A stretch of 64,000 nt of DNA from Deinococcales bacterium (GTDB taxonomy: Bacteria; Deinococcota; Deinococci; Deinococcales; JAAFIG01), in contig JAYWGM010000072.1 in assembly GCA_043778225.1 (NCBI GenBank), positions 14,954-78,953 on the forward strand. Reading direction: 5' to 3'. The notes under the pieces are model-generated. The model was not told the origin of the DNA, searched no databases, and saw only the letters and a program-made list of their open reading frames with translations. The position numbers and the translations under genes were made by a program. Numbering within the stretch: position 1 is the first letter of the stretch; the number at the start of each line of letters is the position of its first letter. Below, piece after piece: positions 46,861-57,145 of this stretch.

Positions 46861-48417
46861 TTAGTTTTTACGGGCAATGCTTTTCATTTGCATAAAATGC
46901 AGCAAATAATCTGGTCCGCCAGCTTTGGAATCCGTGCCGGACAAGTTAAACCCACCAAACGGATGACAGCCAACCATTGCCCCAGTGATTTTACGATTCA
47001 AATACAAATTGCCTACGTGCAATTCGCGTTCGGCAAACTCGAGGCGCTTAGGGTCGCTCGAGAATAATCCGCCTGTTAAACCGTATTCTGTGCCATTCAT
47101 GACTTCCATAGCGGTTTCAAAGTCCTTGACTGGAATAACTGCCAAAATGGGCGAGAAAATCTCGTCTTGGGCGAGTTTATCGTTTGGTTTGACATCGGCG
47201 ACAACAGTTGGTTGCACATAGTACCCTTCGGTTTCTGGGTTGCTTGTGGCAGTGCCGCCGGTTAAGACTCGACCTTCGGTTTTGGCAATCTCGAGGTATG
47301 TGCGTGATTTCTCGAGCGATTCCATGTTAATCACAGCATTCACGTACTTATTCTCGAGCGGGTCGCCAACGCTCAGGGCATTAACTTTAGCCGTTACTTT
47401 CTCGAGAATTTCGGGGTAAACGCTTTCCACCACAATTAAACGACTGAGCGCACTGCATTTTTGCCCAGCAAAACCAAATGCTCCTGCCACGGCGGCGGTT
47501 GCGGCTGCCTCAAGGTCGGCGGTTTCATCTATAATCATGCCGTCTTTGCCACCAAGTTCTAAAGTCACGCGCTTAATCCAGCGTTGACCAGCCACAACTT
47601 TGGCAGCTTCGGCGTTGATGTGCAATCCAACGTTTTTAGAACCCGTAAAACTAATAAAACGGGTTTTGGGATGCTTGACCAGATAATCCCCAACCACCTC
47701 GCCCAGTCCGGGTAAAAAGTTAATCACACCAGATGGCAGCCCAGCCTCGAGAAGTAATTCAATCGCCTGAAATGCAATCACGGCGCTGTCCTCGGCGGGT
47801 TTGACAATCATGCAGTTCCCCGCCACGATTGGCGCACAGGCTTGCCCTAAAAAGATTGCAAATGGAAAATTCCAAGGGGTGATGCTGACCCCGACACCAA
47901 GCGGAATGTACTCGGCGCGGTCAGATTCGCCTTCCATTTGATAGGTGGCAATTGGCTGGCAGAGTTTTAAGGCACTGCGGGCATAATACTCGAGGAAATC
48001 TATGGCTTCTGCCGTTTCGCCTTCGGCTTCGGCGTAGTTTTTGCCAACTTCATAAGTCAGCCAAGCATTGTACTCGAGTTTGCGCTCACGGATGATGGCG
48101 GCTGCCCTGACCAGCACCGCCACTCGAGTCTCGAGCGGCGTGACTTTCCAAGTTTCAAAGGCTTTATAGGCGACTTCTAGGGCTTGGTCGGCATGAGCAG
48201 TCGTGGCGCTCGAAACCCGCCCGATAATTTGGCTGGGCTTACACGGGTTATGCGACTCGATTTTATCCTCGAGCATGATTCGCTGGTCGCCGATAATGAG
48301 CGGGTAATCCAGCCCAAGTTGACTCGAGACTTTGGCAATCGCATGGCGATAAGCCGCCGCGTGGTTTGGGTGTGTGTAATCGGTGTAGGGTTCGCATTGG
48401 TAGGTCGGAAGGTTCAT
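46861..48417 (-). CDS. pruA: 1-pyrroline-5-carboxylate dehydrogenase
   Basis: [32 protein letters not shown]. Confidence 0.93.
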   Translation of the reverse strand: MNLPTYQCEPYTDYTHPNHAAAYRHAIAKVSSQLGLDYPLIIGDQRIMLEDKIESHNPCKPSQIIGRVSSATTAHADQALEVAYKAFETWKVTPLETRVAVLVRAAAIIRERKLEYNAWLTYEVGKNYAEAEGETAEAIDFLEYYARSALKLCQPIATYQMEGESDRAEYIPLGVGVSITPWNFPFAIFLGQACAPIVAGNCMIVKPAEDSAVIAFQAIELLLEAGLPSGVINFLPGLGEVVGDYLVKHPKTRFISFTGSKNVGLHINAEAAKVVAGQRWIKRVTLELGGKDGMIIDETADLEAAATAAVAGAFGFAGQKCSALSRLIVVESVYPEILEKVTAKVNALSVGDPLENKYVNAVINMESLEKSRTYLEIAKTEGRVLTGGTATSNPETEGYYVQPTVVADVKPNDKLAQDEIFSPILAVIPVKDFETAMEVMNGTEYGLTGGLFSSDPKRLEFAERELHVGNLYLNRKITGAMVGCHPFGGFNLSGTDSKAGGPDYLLHFMQMKSIARKN

Positions 48418-48434
48418 AATTTCTCCTAAAAGCC

Positions 48435-48725
48435 TTATGAATCAAGGCGGTGAATCCAATAAAACGGATGGCGGCGTTTATGGGCAATCGCATAAAATAG
48501 AATGGTATCGGCTCGAGCTTCGTAAATCAGATGAAACTCGTATTTTCCGACGGTCTTTTTGCGAATACCGTCAATCTGAGTTTTTGGCGCAGCTTCTGGG
48601 AATAAACAGGCATCGGCGATGGTTTCTTCGAGTGCCACCACAAATGGATTGGCATTCTCTGATTCAAATTGATTAGACAAATACAGCATTTCCTCGAGAA
48701 AATCTGGGTGGTAAAGTCGCGTCAC
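48435..48725 (-). CDS. RelE/ParE family toxin
   Basis: FYAIAHKRRHPFYW C-terminus. Confidence 0.8.
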   Translation of the reverse strand: MTRLYHPDFLEEMLYLSNQFESENANPFVVALEETIADACLFPEAAPKTQIDGIRKKTVGKYEFHLIYEARADTILFYAIAHKRRHPFYWIHRLDS

Positions 48726-48931
48726 TTTTTAACTCGAGTTGGTGAGAAAACTTCGTCATGGGTTAAGAATTTGATTTGACCAGAATCAAAATCCGTTTTT
48801 CGGCGTGAAACTTCGGCTAACCATTCGAGACTTAGCATTTCTTCGTCCAGACTTGTCATAAAGGCTTGTAAATCAGCGCGTTCTTGCGGACTTAATTCGG
48901 TCACTCGTTCTTTGACTTCGGCTAGGCTCAT
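48722..48931 (-). CDS. Addiction module antitoxin component
   Basis: LSPQERADL...WLAEVSRR...SGQ. Confidence 0.8.
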   Translation of the reverse strand: MSLAEVKERVTELSPQERADLQAFMTSLDEEMLSLEWLAEVSRRKTDFDSGQIKFLTHDEVFSPTRVKK

Positions 48932-48974
48932 AAGTTTATTCTGCTCCTTTTTGAAAATAAATCAAGTTTATCAT

Positions 48975-49268
48975 TCAAATTTTTTCTTGAAGATACGATA
49001 CAAACTTTCCATTTGGATGCTGCTGCAATGCCACCAAACGCCCGTACCAAACAAGAAGCGGCTTAGATTGGGCTTTGCTCAGGGCTTGGGCGGCGGTCTT
49101 GGCTCGAGTTGCTGCGCCGGGTTTGAAATCCTTAATCACAGTCCCTTCTAAGTCCGTAACTCGAACCCGTTTATCCTCAAATAGCGTGTTGGCAACCAGT
49201 GTTATCATCTCGAGCGGGTAGAGGCTTTGGTCAATCGAAGGGTGAACGAAATTATTGTTTTCAGTCAT
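48975..49268 (-). CDS. Hypothetical protein
   Basis: 97-aa ORF overlapping the upstream stop; GAGGA RBS. Confidence 0.55.
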   Translation of the reverse strand: MTENNNFVHPSIDQSLYPLEMITLVANTLFEDKRVRVTDLEGTVIKDFKPGAATRAKTAAQALSKAQSKPLLVWYGRLVALQQHPNGKFVSYLQEKI

Positions 49269-50139
49269 GGATTGTCCTCGAGTAAGCCAGTTTAGCCGCC
49301 GCTAAATCCCATAAGGCACAGCCAACACTTTTGAATAAAATCAGTCGTTCGGTTTGTGCTTGTGGCTTTTGTAGGACTGACCGCAACGATTCTACTTTTT
49401 CCCACTCGAGACCGGCTTGGATTAAATCCCCAGCCTCCGAATGCGCCCCGATGAGGTCGTCTACCACAACTTGGGCGCGGTGAGTGATGCCAAATGGAAT
49501 CTCGAGCATATCGGCACGGTACGCGCCAACGGCGGCAATAAAGGCATTGGGTTTGATATTTTCGGGAATCACGGGACTCGAGGCGTTGGTGGTGGTGCAA
49601 ATAAAATCGGCTTGTTGTATCACATCCGCAGCACTCGAGACGGCTTCTGCGCCGAATTGGGCGGCTAGGGCTTGGGCTTTAGCAAGGTTTCTCGAGCTAA
49701 TCCAGATTTGTTGTATGTCTAGGTTTTCTTTGAATGCCTCGAGATGGCTTCGGGCTTGTGTACCACTGCCAACAATCAGTAAATTTCCAGACTTTGGCGC
49801 AAGTGTCTGGGCTGCCAGCAGACTGACTGCCGCTGTGCGCCGTGCCGTGACGGTCACACCATCAAGCATCAGCAGGCGTTCGCCAGTATGGGCGTTCATT
49901 AAAATCACTTCGCCTTGAATGGCGGGTAAAACCGTGTTGCTCGAGTGAACCGTAACCAGTTTGGTGACGGCAAAATCCGAATCCTTGGCGGGCATTAAGA
50001 GCAGCACGCCATTTGGTAACTCGAGCCGACTGCGTTCAGGCACGTAAGCATCAGCGTCCAGCAGCACCTCGCGGATGGCTTGGGCAAGGGCTGCATAGGG
50101 AAGAGCCGCTTTGGTTTCGGATGGGCTAAGTATTTGCAT
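49261..50139 (-). CDS. Ornithine cyclodeaminase/mu-crystallin family reductase
   Basis: TARRTAA, GSGTQARSH, FKSVGCALWD. Confidence 0.9.
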   Translation of the reverse strand: MQILSPSETKAALPYAALAQAIREVLLDADAYVPERSRLELPNGVLLLMPAKDSDFAVTKLVTVHSSNTVLPAIQGEVILMNAHTGERLLMLDGVTVTARRTAAVSLLAAQTLAPKSGNLLIVGSGTQARSHLEAFKENLDIQQIWISSRNLAKAQALAAQFGAEAVSSAADVIQQADFICTTTNASSPVIPENIKPNAFIAAVGAYRADMLEIPFGITHRAQVVVDDLIGAHSEAGDLIQAGLEWEKVESLRSVLQKPQAQTERLILFKSVGCALWDLAAAKLAYSRTIHD

Positions 50140-50641
50140 GGACTTCCTTGAGGGCGGCAATAAAGGCTTCTGGTTGCTCGAGTGAAAGCAATAAATCTTT
50201 GCCTTTTGTGGTTGGAATATAAACAACTCGAGCATCATCTGAAACAAAAATAAAGGCTTCCTGCTCGTTAGCTAAGGTAAAATGACCAGTTGCATATTTG
50301 GGTAAACCTGTTCCCCAAGTGCGAAAAGCTGCATGTAGCTTAGGCTCGAGCCGCAAATCCAGTGTTCTTATTTGCTCGAGTTGCAAATTTCCAACTTGAA
50401 CCGTGTAATTGGTGACATCCCCAAAGATTTGCAGTTCTGTTGGGCTTAGCACGAGTTTGCTGGTTTGGCTACGGTAATAAAAAAGGATACACAAAAATGC
50501 CAAACTCAAGAGGATAATTCTTGCAAGAAGGGTGTCAGCATTTTCTTTAGGTGGTAAAAAAGCCATAAACCCAAGAAAACCAAGCATCACAAGCGTGAAA
50601 TATAAAGGCACTGGACTTTTTTTGAAAGAAAAGGTTTTCAT
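50126..50641 (-). CDS. Bacterial PH-domain membrane protein
   Basis: Two TMs; RTWGTGLPKYATGHF. Confidence 0.7.
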   Translation of the reverse strand: MKTFSFKKSPVPLYFTLVMLGFLGFMAFLPPKENADTLLARIILLSLAFLCILFYYRSQTSKLVLSPTELQIFGDVTNYTVQVGNLQLEQIRTLDLRLEPKLHAAFRTWGTGLPKYATGHFTLANEQEAFIFVSDDARVVYIPTTKGKDLLLSLEQPEAFIAALKEVHANT

Positions 50642-50698
50642 AAGTTACTTTACGCGCTTTGCTCGAGTTTGGTTTCTAATCGCTCGAGTTTCGCAACT

Positions 50699-51616
50699 TT
50701 ACCCGCCAATCATACCGCGCAGCACGAATAAGGCGTTGCTTGGGCGTTCAGCAATTCGCCTCGAGAAGTAGGCATACCAATCATGTCCATAAGGAATGTA
50801 GGCGCGTACTGTATAGCCTTCCTGCGCCAGTTGCTTTTGCAAGTCGCGGCGCACACCGTACAACAGTTGGAATTCAAATTGCTCTTTGGGTATTTTGCTT
50901 TTCTCGGTGAATAACTTCATGTCGTCAATAATGTTGTGGTCGTGGGTGGCAATCGCGGTGTGGTTGCCTTTCTCGAGGTTGCTGTACACCAAGCGGCGGT
51001 ATTGGTGGTCTATCACAGCTTTTTCGGGGTAGGCGTGTTCGGCATTCTCGAGGTATGCGCCTTTGACAATTCTTAAATTTGGGTGCAGGTCGCTTAAATT
51101 CTCGAGGTCTTTTTCGGTACGCCGCAGCATGGCTTGTAAGACCAGTCCCACATTGTCAAATTCGGTTTTTAAGGTACGGAAAACTTCAAGTGTTGCGTCT
51201 ACTCGAGGGCTGTCTTCCATGTCTATACGAACAAAAGCGTTCACGTCTTTGGCGGCTTTGAGAATGTTGCGTCCATTCTCGAGCGCAAGGTCTGGGCTGA
51301 CATCCAAGCCCAATTGCGAAAGTTTGATCGAAACGTATTTGGGAAAGGTTTTACTGGCAATACTCGGGAAAATCTCGAGGATTTTTTGCACAAATATATC
51401 CGACTGGGCTTTGGTGCTAATCATCTCGCCCAATAAATCCAAAATACCATGGACACCATCTTGCTGGAGCGTTTCGACGGCGCGGATTGCCTCGGTAAGT
51501 TCGTTGCCCGCTACAAATCTTTTGGCGAGTCCGTAACCACGGGTTTGCACCAGATTTTTAATTGGAGCGGCGTTAGCGATGCCAAGCACGGCTTGGCGGT
51601 AGTATTGGTCAATCAT
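50699..51616 (-). CDS. Proline dehydrogenase (monofunctional)
   Basis: SIKLSQLG, IDMEDS, VKGAY, IATHD, YFSRRIAERP. Confidence 0.93.
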   Translation of the reverse strand: MIDQYYRQAVLGIANAAPIKNLVQTRGYGLAKRFVAGNELTEAIRAVETLQQDGVHGILDLLGEMISTKAQSDIFVQKILEIFPSIASKTFPKYVSIKLSQLGLDVSPDLALENGRNILKAAKDVNAFVRIDMEDSPRVDATLEVFRTLKTEFDNVGLVLQAMLRRTEKDLENLSDLHPNLRIVKGAYLENAEHAYPEKAVIDHQYRRLVYSNLEKGNHTAIATHDHNIIDDMKLFTEKSKIPKEQFEFQLLYGVRRDLQKQLAQEGYTVRAYIPYGHDWYAYFSRRIAERPSNALFVLRGMIGG

Positions 51617-52286
51617 TTTTTTCTCCTCGAGTGGCAAGCTGTAAAGTCAGCATTTCTTGAAATACCCGAACGTGTTCTCGAGCCGCGTTTTCGGCGGCGC
51701 TTGGATTTTTAGCTTCAATGGCGGCTAAAATAGCGTGGTGTGCTTCATATGTACCATTGCTTTGATTGGATTCTCGGGTTAATAACTTGACTCGAGCGAT
51801 GCTTTGGGCAAGGTTTTTAAGGCTGCTTTGCAGTGTGGTGTTGCCACTGGCGGCAGCAATTGCATTGTGAAACTCGAGGTCGGCATGGACTTGTTCGATG
51901 TAGGCTGTGGCTGGTGCGGTCTCGAGGTCGTGCAGGGTTTGGCGCATGGCTTTGAGGTTTTTTGTCGTTCGATGTTGGGCGGCTAAACGCGCTGCTAAGC
52001 CATCCAAAACTTCGCGCACGGCATAAATTTCTTCGATTTCTTGGGGGCTGATGCCACGCACTTTTGCGCCTTTGTTGGCTTGGATTTGCACCAGTCCATC
52101 TTGGGCAAGGCGTTGAACCGCTTCACGCACGGGGGTACGACTGACTCCAAGGCGTTCGGAAAGTGGTATTTCGGCGAGTTTGATGCCCGGCTCGAGTGTA
52201 CCGGATAAAATCTCGAGTTTAAGATGCTCGTAGACCTCATTTCGCATCAGTTGCGGACGGGTAAAAAGAACCGAATTACTTAACAT
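51609..52286 (-). CDS. GntR/FCD transcriptional regulator of the proline operon
   Basis: LGVSRTPVREA HTH; FH...SGN FCD. Confidence 0.9.
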   Translation of the reverse strand: MLSNSVLFTRPQLMRNEVYEHLKLEILSGTLEPGIKLAEIPLSERLGVSRTPVREAVQRLAQDGLVQIQANKGAKVRGISPQEIEEIYAVREVLDGLAARLAAQHRTTKNLKAMRQTLHDLETAPATAYIEQVHADLEFHNAIAAASGNTTLQSSLKNLAQSIARVKLLTRESNQSNGTYEAHHAILAAIEAKNPSAAENAAREHVRVFQEMLTLQLATRGEKND

Positions 52287-52301
52287 TGTATACAGTATAC
52301 A
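52287..52301. promoter_or_regulatory. Putative GntR operator
   Basis: TGTATACAGTATACA tandem palindromes abutting the GntR start codon. Confidence 0.55.
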
Positions 52302-52367
52302 GATTTTTGAGACAGTCTGCAACTTCTGCCCCTAGCTCGAGCCAAGGGCAGCAAGTAGCATCGCGCC

Positions 52368-53651
52368 ATGTTATCGGTTCGCTTACTTGGCACAACAGAA
52401 TTCAAAATCAACGATTCGATTGTGCCATTACCCGCACCTGAATTACTCCATGCCCTTGTACGCCTTGCTGCCAGCGATGTCCCGATTGAACTTAAAATAC
52501 CAGACGAACAAGGTATCTTTGCGCCGTATCTCGAAAAAACAGGAGAGACGTGGCGGCTCGAGTGCGCTTCGGATGTGCTGCTGTACCGTGCCAGTGCGGA
52601 TAATCTTAAAATGCTGCACCAACTTAAAGCTGATTTCGCGCCTAATTTATCACAAGGCACAGCCGAATTTGAGGCTTGGCTAAGCCAAGAGCGTTTTTTA
52701 TTGCGCCAAATTTTTTTGGTGGTACTGCTTGAAAATGCCGCCGGACTCGAGGAAAACGGCAGACTTGAGGAAGCCAATAAAAATCTTTCTTACGTACAGA
52801 ACGAACAACAAAAACTCGAGCCACAATTTGCTGGACTATTGGGTTTAGAAATCGCTAAATTTCATTGGCGGCGCAAACGGATTCTCGAGACAGCCCAGAC
52901 GATCGAGGCTGCGCTGCCGATGCTTGAGCCAGATGTAAAACTCGAGGCAAGTGTCAATTATGCGGCGGCACTGGTGCGCCTTGGGCGTTTAGAAGATGCT
53001 GTGAATGCCCTCGAGACCCAGCCGAGTGGTGCGTCTCGAGGTTGGACGCTGTTGCACCGTGCCAATGCTTTGTGCTTCCTCGAGCGTTATCCTGACTGCT
53101 TGGCAGATACCGAATTAGCCTATCTCGAGGCACAAAAATCAGGCGATGGTTTCCTTGCGATGTCTGCTCGTACCGTGGCTGGTGAAGCGCTGCTGCAACA
53201 AGCTATCTTATCTGGGTCAGAACCTAAAGAAGCTGTCATTTCGTTGGGTCAAGCGATTGGTATTAGCGAAGTGCTGTCCGAAGAAGCCAGCGCTCTAACC
53301 TTGGCGGTGCTTGCCCATGCTCATGCGCTTTGGGGCGCTAAACAAAAAGCCCTCGAGATGGCAGAACGTGCCTATAAACGCGCCAGAAGTGCTAAGGACA
53401 GCACCGCCACGATTCGGGCGTTAATGAGTCTTTTTGCGATTACCAACATTGGCAGTTTTGCCCGCAATGCTTTAGCCGAGGCTCGAGCCACGACTCATAA
53501 GCCGCTCGAGTTACGGGCTTTACTTTTGGTTGCCAAAAAAGACAACGACCCAAGCCTTGCCCAAATGGCGCTCGAGTTGGCACAAGCCCAAGGGTTGCCA
53601 AGGCTCGAGCAGGCAGCCATTGGCTTAGTCAAGAAAACCGCGCATCTTTAA
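52368..53651 (+). CDS. TPR-repeat protein with degenerate BTAD-like N-terminus
   Basis: VRLLG start, AEFEAWLSQER, TPR helices. Confidence 0.65.
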   Translation: MLSVRLLGTTEFKINDSIVPLPAPELLHALVRLAASDVPIELKIPDEQGIFAPYLEKTGETWRLECASDVLLYRASADNLKMLHQLKADFAPNLSQGTAEFEAWLSQERFLLRQIFLVVLLENAAGLEENGRLEEANKNLSYVQNEQQKLEPQFAGLLGLEIAKFHWRRKRILETAQTIEAALPMLEPDVKLEASVNYAAALVRLGRLEDAVNALETQPSGASRGWTLLHRANALCFLERYPDCLADTELAYLEAQKSGDGFLAMSARTVAGEALLQQAILSGSEPKEAVISLGQAIGISEVLSEEASALTLAVLAHAHALWGAKQKALEMAERAYKRARSAKDSTATIRALMSLFAITNIGSFARNALAEARATTHKPLELRALLLVAKKDNDPSLAQMALELAQAQGLPRLEQAAIGLVKKTAHL

Positions 53652-54518
53652 CTGCTGAATTAAATCTTCGTATTGGTTAGACCGAAAGCGCAGCACGGTG
53701 GATAAATCAATCACCGTACTGGCATGATCGCCGCCGTACTCGAGCAGGGTCACATCTGCACCAATACTTTTGGCTCGAGTCGCAAACGTTCGGGCTTGGG
53801 CGATTGGCAGCACTTGGTCGGCTGTGCCGTGCATTAAAAGCATTGGCGGCACAAAGGGGCTCAAAAACTCGAGTGGCTGTGTGGCTTGTGGGGCTGCGCC
53901 TTGCATCACTTGGGCAATGTCGGGCGAAATAAAACCAGTCTGGGCATTCCAAAAGTCGTAACCACCCGCTAGGCAAAGCACCAAGCTCAGGCTGCGTGGC
54001 TGTAAACCGACCATCTCGAGATGCACGGGATTGGTCGCCAGCATTGCCGCGATGTGCGCCCCAGCACTGTGTCCAGCCAGAATCATGGCGTATTTGTCTG
54101 CGCCGTATTTGGCGGCATTATCATAGCTCCAGCGCAGCGCCAAAGCCGCATCCTCGAGATAGGTCGGGAAACGCACTTCGGGGTGAAGGCGATAATCGTA
54201 AATGATTGTGACTAAACCTAAACTGGCAAAAACTTGTCCGATAAAACGGTACTCGTCGCGGTTGCCGTCGGTGTAGCCACCACCGTAACCAAAAACCACC
54301 ATACCTCTGGATTTGGCTCGAGTACCCGTTGGTAAATAGACATCCAGCTTTTGCCGCGAATGCGTGCCGTAAGCGATGCCTTCGAGCCTTTGCGCTCCTT
54401 CCAGCCCATTCAGATTGGATAAAATAAACAGCGCACTGCCAGCTTCGCTGCGTTGGGCGGCGGCTGGTGGCACACAGGAAACCAACAAAATTGCCAGTAA
54501 AAACCAAACTCGAGTCAT
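53625..54518 (-). CDS. Alpha/beta hydrolase (esterase/lipase), lipoprotein
   Basis: YGGGY, GHSAGA, HGTAD; LVSC lipobox. Confidence 0.88.
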   Translation of the reverse strand: MTRVWFLLAILLVSCVPPAAAQRSEAGSALFILSNLNGLEGAQRLEGIAYGTHSRQKLDVYLPTGTRAKSRGMVVFGYGGGYTDGNRDEYRFIGQVFASLGLVTIIYDYRLHPEVRFPTYLEDAALALRWSYDNAAKYGADKYAMILAGHSAGAHIAAMLATNPVHLEMVGLQPRSLSLVLCLAGGYDFWNAQTGFISPDIAQVMQGAAPQATQPLEFLSPFVPPMLLMHGTADQVLPIAQARTFATRAKSIGADVTLLEYGGDHASTVIDLSTVLRFRSNQYEDLIQQLKMRGFLD

Positions 54519-54551
54519 TCGAGTAATCTTCTCAGATTGATATGAGTATAC

Positions 54552-54884
54552 TTGTTGCCAATGCGTTCTGCTTTGCACAATTGGTTTTTGCGCTGTGCCG
54601 CGCTGCTGATTTTTATTAGTGGTGGCGCATTAGCGCGGGCGGTTGCCCAAGAAATCGAAACGCATTTTGCGCCACTGCAAAGCCCAATCGAACAAAAGCA
54701 CCTCAAAGCCGTGGCTTTTGAAGTCCGTCAGCCCGCCCCTGTGCAACTCGAGGCTGGTGTTTTACCAACCAAAGCTGTGCCGCCCAAAGTGAGCCAAACC
54801 AAGCCAAGCATTGTTTGGCTCGAGTTGGTTGGTGTGGCATGGGTTGTGTGGGCATTTGATGCTCTTGCGCCACCACAATCTTAA
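54552..54884 (+). CDS. Hypothetical protein
   Basis: 110-aa ORF with hydrophobic segments ending ALAPP, upstream of lepB. Confidence 0.4.
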   Translation: MLPMRSALHNWFLRCAALLIFISGGALARAVAQEIETHFAPLQSPIEQKHLKAVAFEVRQPAPVQLEAGVLPTKAVPPKVSQTKPSIVWLELVGVAWVVWAFDALAPPQS

Positions 54885-54951
54885 ACGGCGGTAATCTATT
54901 CAAGTCTTTATTCTCTAAGCATTGATTTGCTTATGTCGTATCGGAGTCATT

Positions 54952-55851
54952 ATGAACCCCTCAAATCCCGAACCCGAAAATCTCGAGTCAAATCCCGCGC
55001 CACTCGAGCCAGTTGTTGCCCCAAGCCTTCCCAAAAAAGCCGGTAAAGTTTTTGCCAACATTGGCGACTACCTCTGGCGCGAGTGGGTGCGCCCAATTGG
55101 CGAAGCCGTGATTATTGCCGTCATCATTACCACTTTTGTTTTTACCACGGTAGCCATCAGCGGCTCGAGTGACCTACCCAATATCCGCGATGGCGAACGG
55201 GTTTTTGTTCCAAAATACGAAATGTGGTTCTCTAAGCTGGGCATCATGAGCTATAAACGCGGTGATTTGGTGGTGCTAAAACCACCCAAGGATGCAGGGC
55301 GAATTCAGCCGATACCTTTAATCGGTAACTTTATTCCAAGCCTGACTTATAAACCGTTTTACATCAAGCGAATTGTCGGCGTTCCCGGCGATAAATTACT
55401 GCTCGAGAAGGGAATCCTAACCGTCAATGGCATTAAAATTAACGAAAACCACACCGTAACTTACTGGAAAAAACAACAGAGCTTTGACGATTGCAGTTAC
55501 CTTGCTAATTCTGAATACTGGAATTTTAATAAAGTTGCCGAAGCTAATAAATTGCGCCCAGAAAGCCCATGTGGCGAAGACAAAGCCAAGGCTGGCTATA
55601 AACCAGCCGCCTTTGTCTTAAAATCCGACCAGTATTTTGTGATGGGCGACAACCGCAGCCCCGGCGGCAGCGAAGACGGCAGGGCTTTTGGACCAGTGAC
55701 CCTGAATGAACTGGCAGGACGTGCCACTTTTGTTTGGTGGCCTCTATTTAGGCGCGACGAAACCACCAAAGAATTGGTTTTCAACTGGCGCACCCTGCCA
55801 CGCCCAACTGCTTTTGATTTACTCAATAAAGGTTTGCCACAACCTAAATAA
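54952..55851 (+). CDS. lepB: Signal peptidase I
   Basis: SGSSD, YIKRIVGVPGD, MGDNR...SEDGR. Confidence 0.92.
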   Translation: MNPSNPEPENLESNPAPLEPVVAPSLPKKAGKVFANIGDYLWREWVRPIGEAVIIAVIITTFVFTTVAISGSSDLPNIRDGERVFVPKYEMWFSKLGIMSYKRGDLVVLKPPKDAGRIQPIPLIGNFIPSLTYKPFYIKRIVGVPGDKLLLEKGILTVNGIKINENHTVTYWKKQQSFDDCSYLANSEYWNFNKVAEANKLRPESPCGEDKAKAGYKPAAFVLKSDQYFVMGDNRSPGGSEDGRAFGPVTLNELAGRATFVWWPLFRRDETTKELVFNWRTLPRPTAFDLLNKGLPQPK

Positions 55852-55877
55852 GCAAGGCTAAACTCGAGGTGATAAAG

Positions 55878-56504
55878 TCACAAACGGCTTTTCATCGCCT
55901 CGAGTTCGGCGCGGAGTGCCAAAAGCTCGGATTCAAGCGCCTCAACTCGGTTGATTAAATCAGACCCACCGCCACTGGCTCGAGCCATCTCCGAAGCAAG
56001 CGGCATGGTTGGCTCTCCAGTCAGTAAATGTGTCCAACGGTGGTCGCGCTCGCCATTGCTTTTCTCGAGCTTGACCACCAATTCCCGACTGGCAAAACGC
56101 TCGAGAACCGTTTCAACACTGCTTAAATCGCTAAACTTAAAAATTGGCTCGGTACGCCCCCGAAGCTCGCCAACCGTCTGAGCGCCACGCAGCATTAAAA
56201 TACACAGCACCGCGTGTTCATCTGGCTTTAAGGTCATTTCTCGAGACAGATAATGCTGGAATTTTTGCACCCGCCCGCCCGGTTCTCGAATAAAACCCGT
56301 TAAGTTCTTTAGGCGCATGACCTCGAGTGCATTTTCGATTTCACGCTCCGAGTAACTGCTGACTGGTTGGCGCGAGTTTTTTTGATTACAGGCATTGGTC
56401 AAGCTGTTTAAGGACAACGGGTAGGCATCTGGCGTGGTGATTTGCTTTTCCATTAAAGCCCCCAGCACCCGCACCTCGAGTTCAGTCAGTGGTAAAAAAT
56501 CCAT
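55878..56504 (-). CDS. YceH/DUF480 family protein
   Basis: EKQITTPDAYPLSLNSL...CNQK, LRGAQTVGELR. Confidence 0.9.
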   Translation of the reverse strand: MDFLPLTELEVRVLGALMEKQITTPDAYPLSLNSLTNACNQKNSRQPVSSYSEREIENALEVMRLKNLTGFIREPGGRVQKFQHYLSREMTLKPDEHAVLCILMLRGAQTVGELRGRTEPIFKFSDLSSVETVLERFASRELVVKLEKSNGERDHRWTHLLTGEPTMPLASEMARASGGGSDLINRVEALESELLALRAELEAMKSRL

Positions 56505-56524
56505 GGCTCGAGAATAGCAAAAAA

Positions 56525-57142
56525 CTAGGTCTCAAGTTGAGGGATTGAAATAATTTCGGGTTTGGGGCGTAAATCGGTGCTATTAAATTTATTTTGGGCT
56601 TCGGTTGCGCCTTCTTTAACGATAAATTCGGCGGTATCTGCGCCAATTTGAATCAGTTGCTTGAGCATGGCTAATTCTTCTGGGGCAAAATTCGACAGCA
56701 CCCAGTTGGGTACGCTCCAATCTTTGGGCGGTCTCGAGATACCCATTTTCAGGCGTACAAAACCATCTGTGCCAAGTTGACTGGTAATGTCTTTGATGCC
56801 GTTCTGTCCGCCGCTCGAGCCTCCTGTTCGCACTCGGACACGTCCAAAAGGTAAATCGAGGTCGTCATGAATCACCAGCACCTCGGCAGGCTCGAGTTTA
56901 TGAAAACGCATAAAAGGCACAACCGCCGCACCCGATAAGTTCATAAAGGTTTGCGGTTTTTGTAAATAAATTTTGCCCGAACCAACTCGAGCTTCGGCTA
57001 AATGGGCGCTGTTTTTGGCTAAAAAAGTAGTGCTTAAACGCCTTGCAATTTCGTCCAGCACCATAAAACCAATGTTGTGCCGATTTTTGGCGTATTGCCC
57101 GCCGGGGTTGCCAAGACCAACAAGAAGCCGAATCATGGGCAT
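56525..57142 (-). CDS. pth: Peptidyl-tRNA hydrolase
   Basis: VGLGNPG, RHNIGF, KPQTFMNLSG, HDDLD. Confidence 0.95.
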   Translation of the reverse strand: MPMIRLLVGLGNPGGQYAKNRHNIGFMVLDEIARRLSTTFLAKNSAHLAEARVGSGKIYLQKPQTFMNLSGAAVVPFMRFHKLEPAEVLVIHDDLDLPFGRVRVRTGGSSGGQNGIKDITSQLGTDGFVRLKMGISRPPKDWSVPNWVLSNFAPEELAMLKQLIQIGADTAEFIVKEGATEAQNKFNSTDLRPKPEIISIPQLET

Positions 57143-57145
57143 AGT

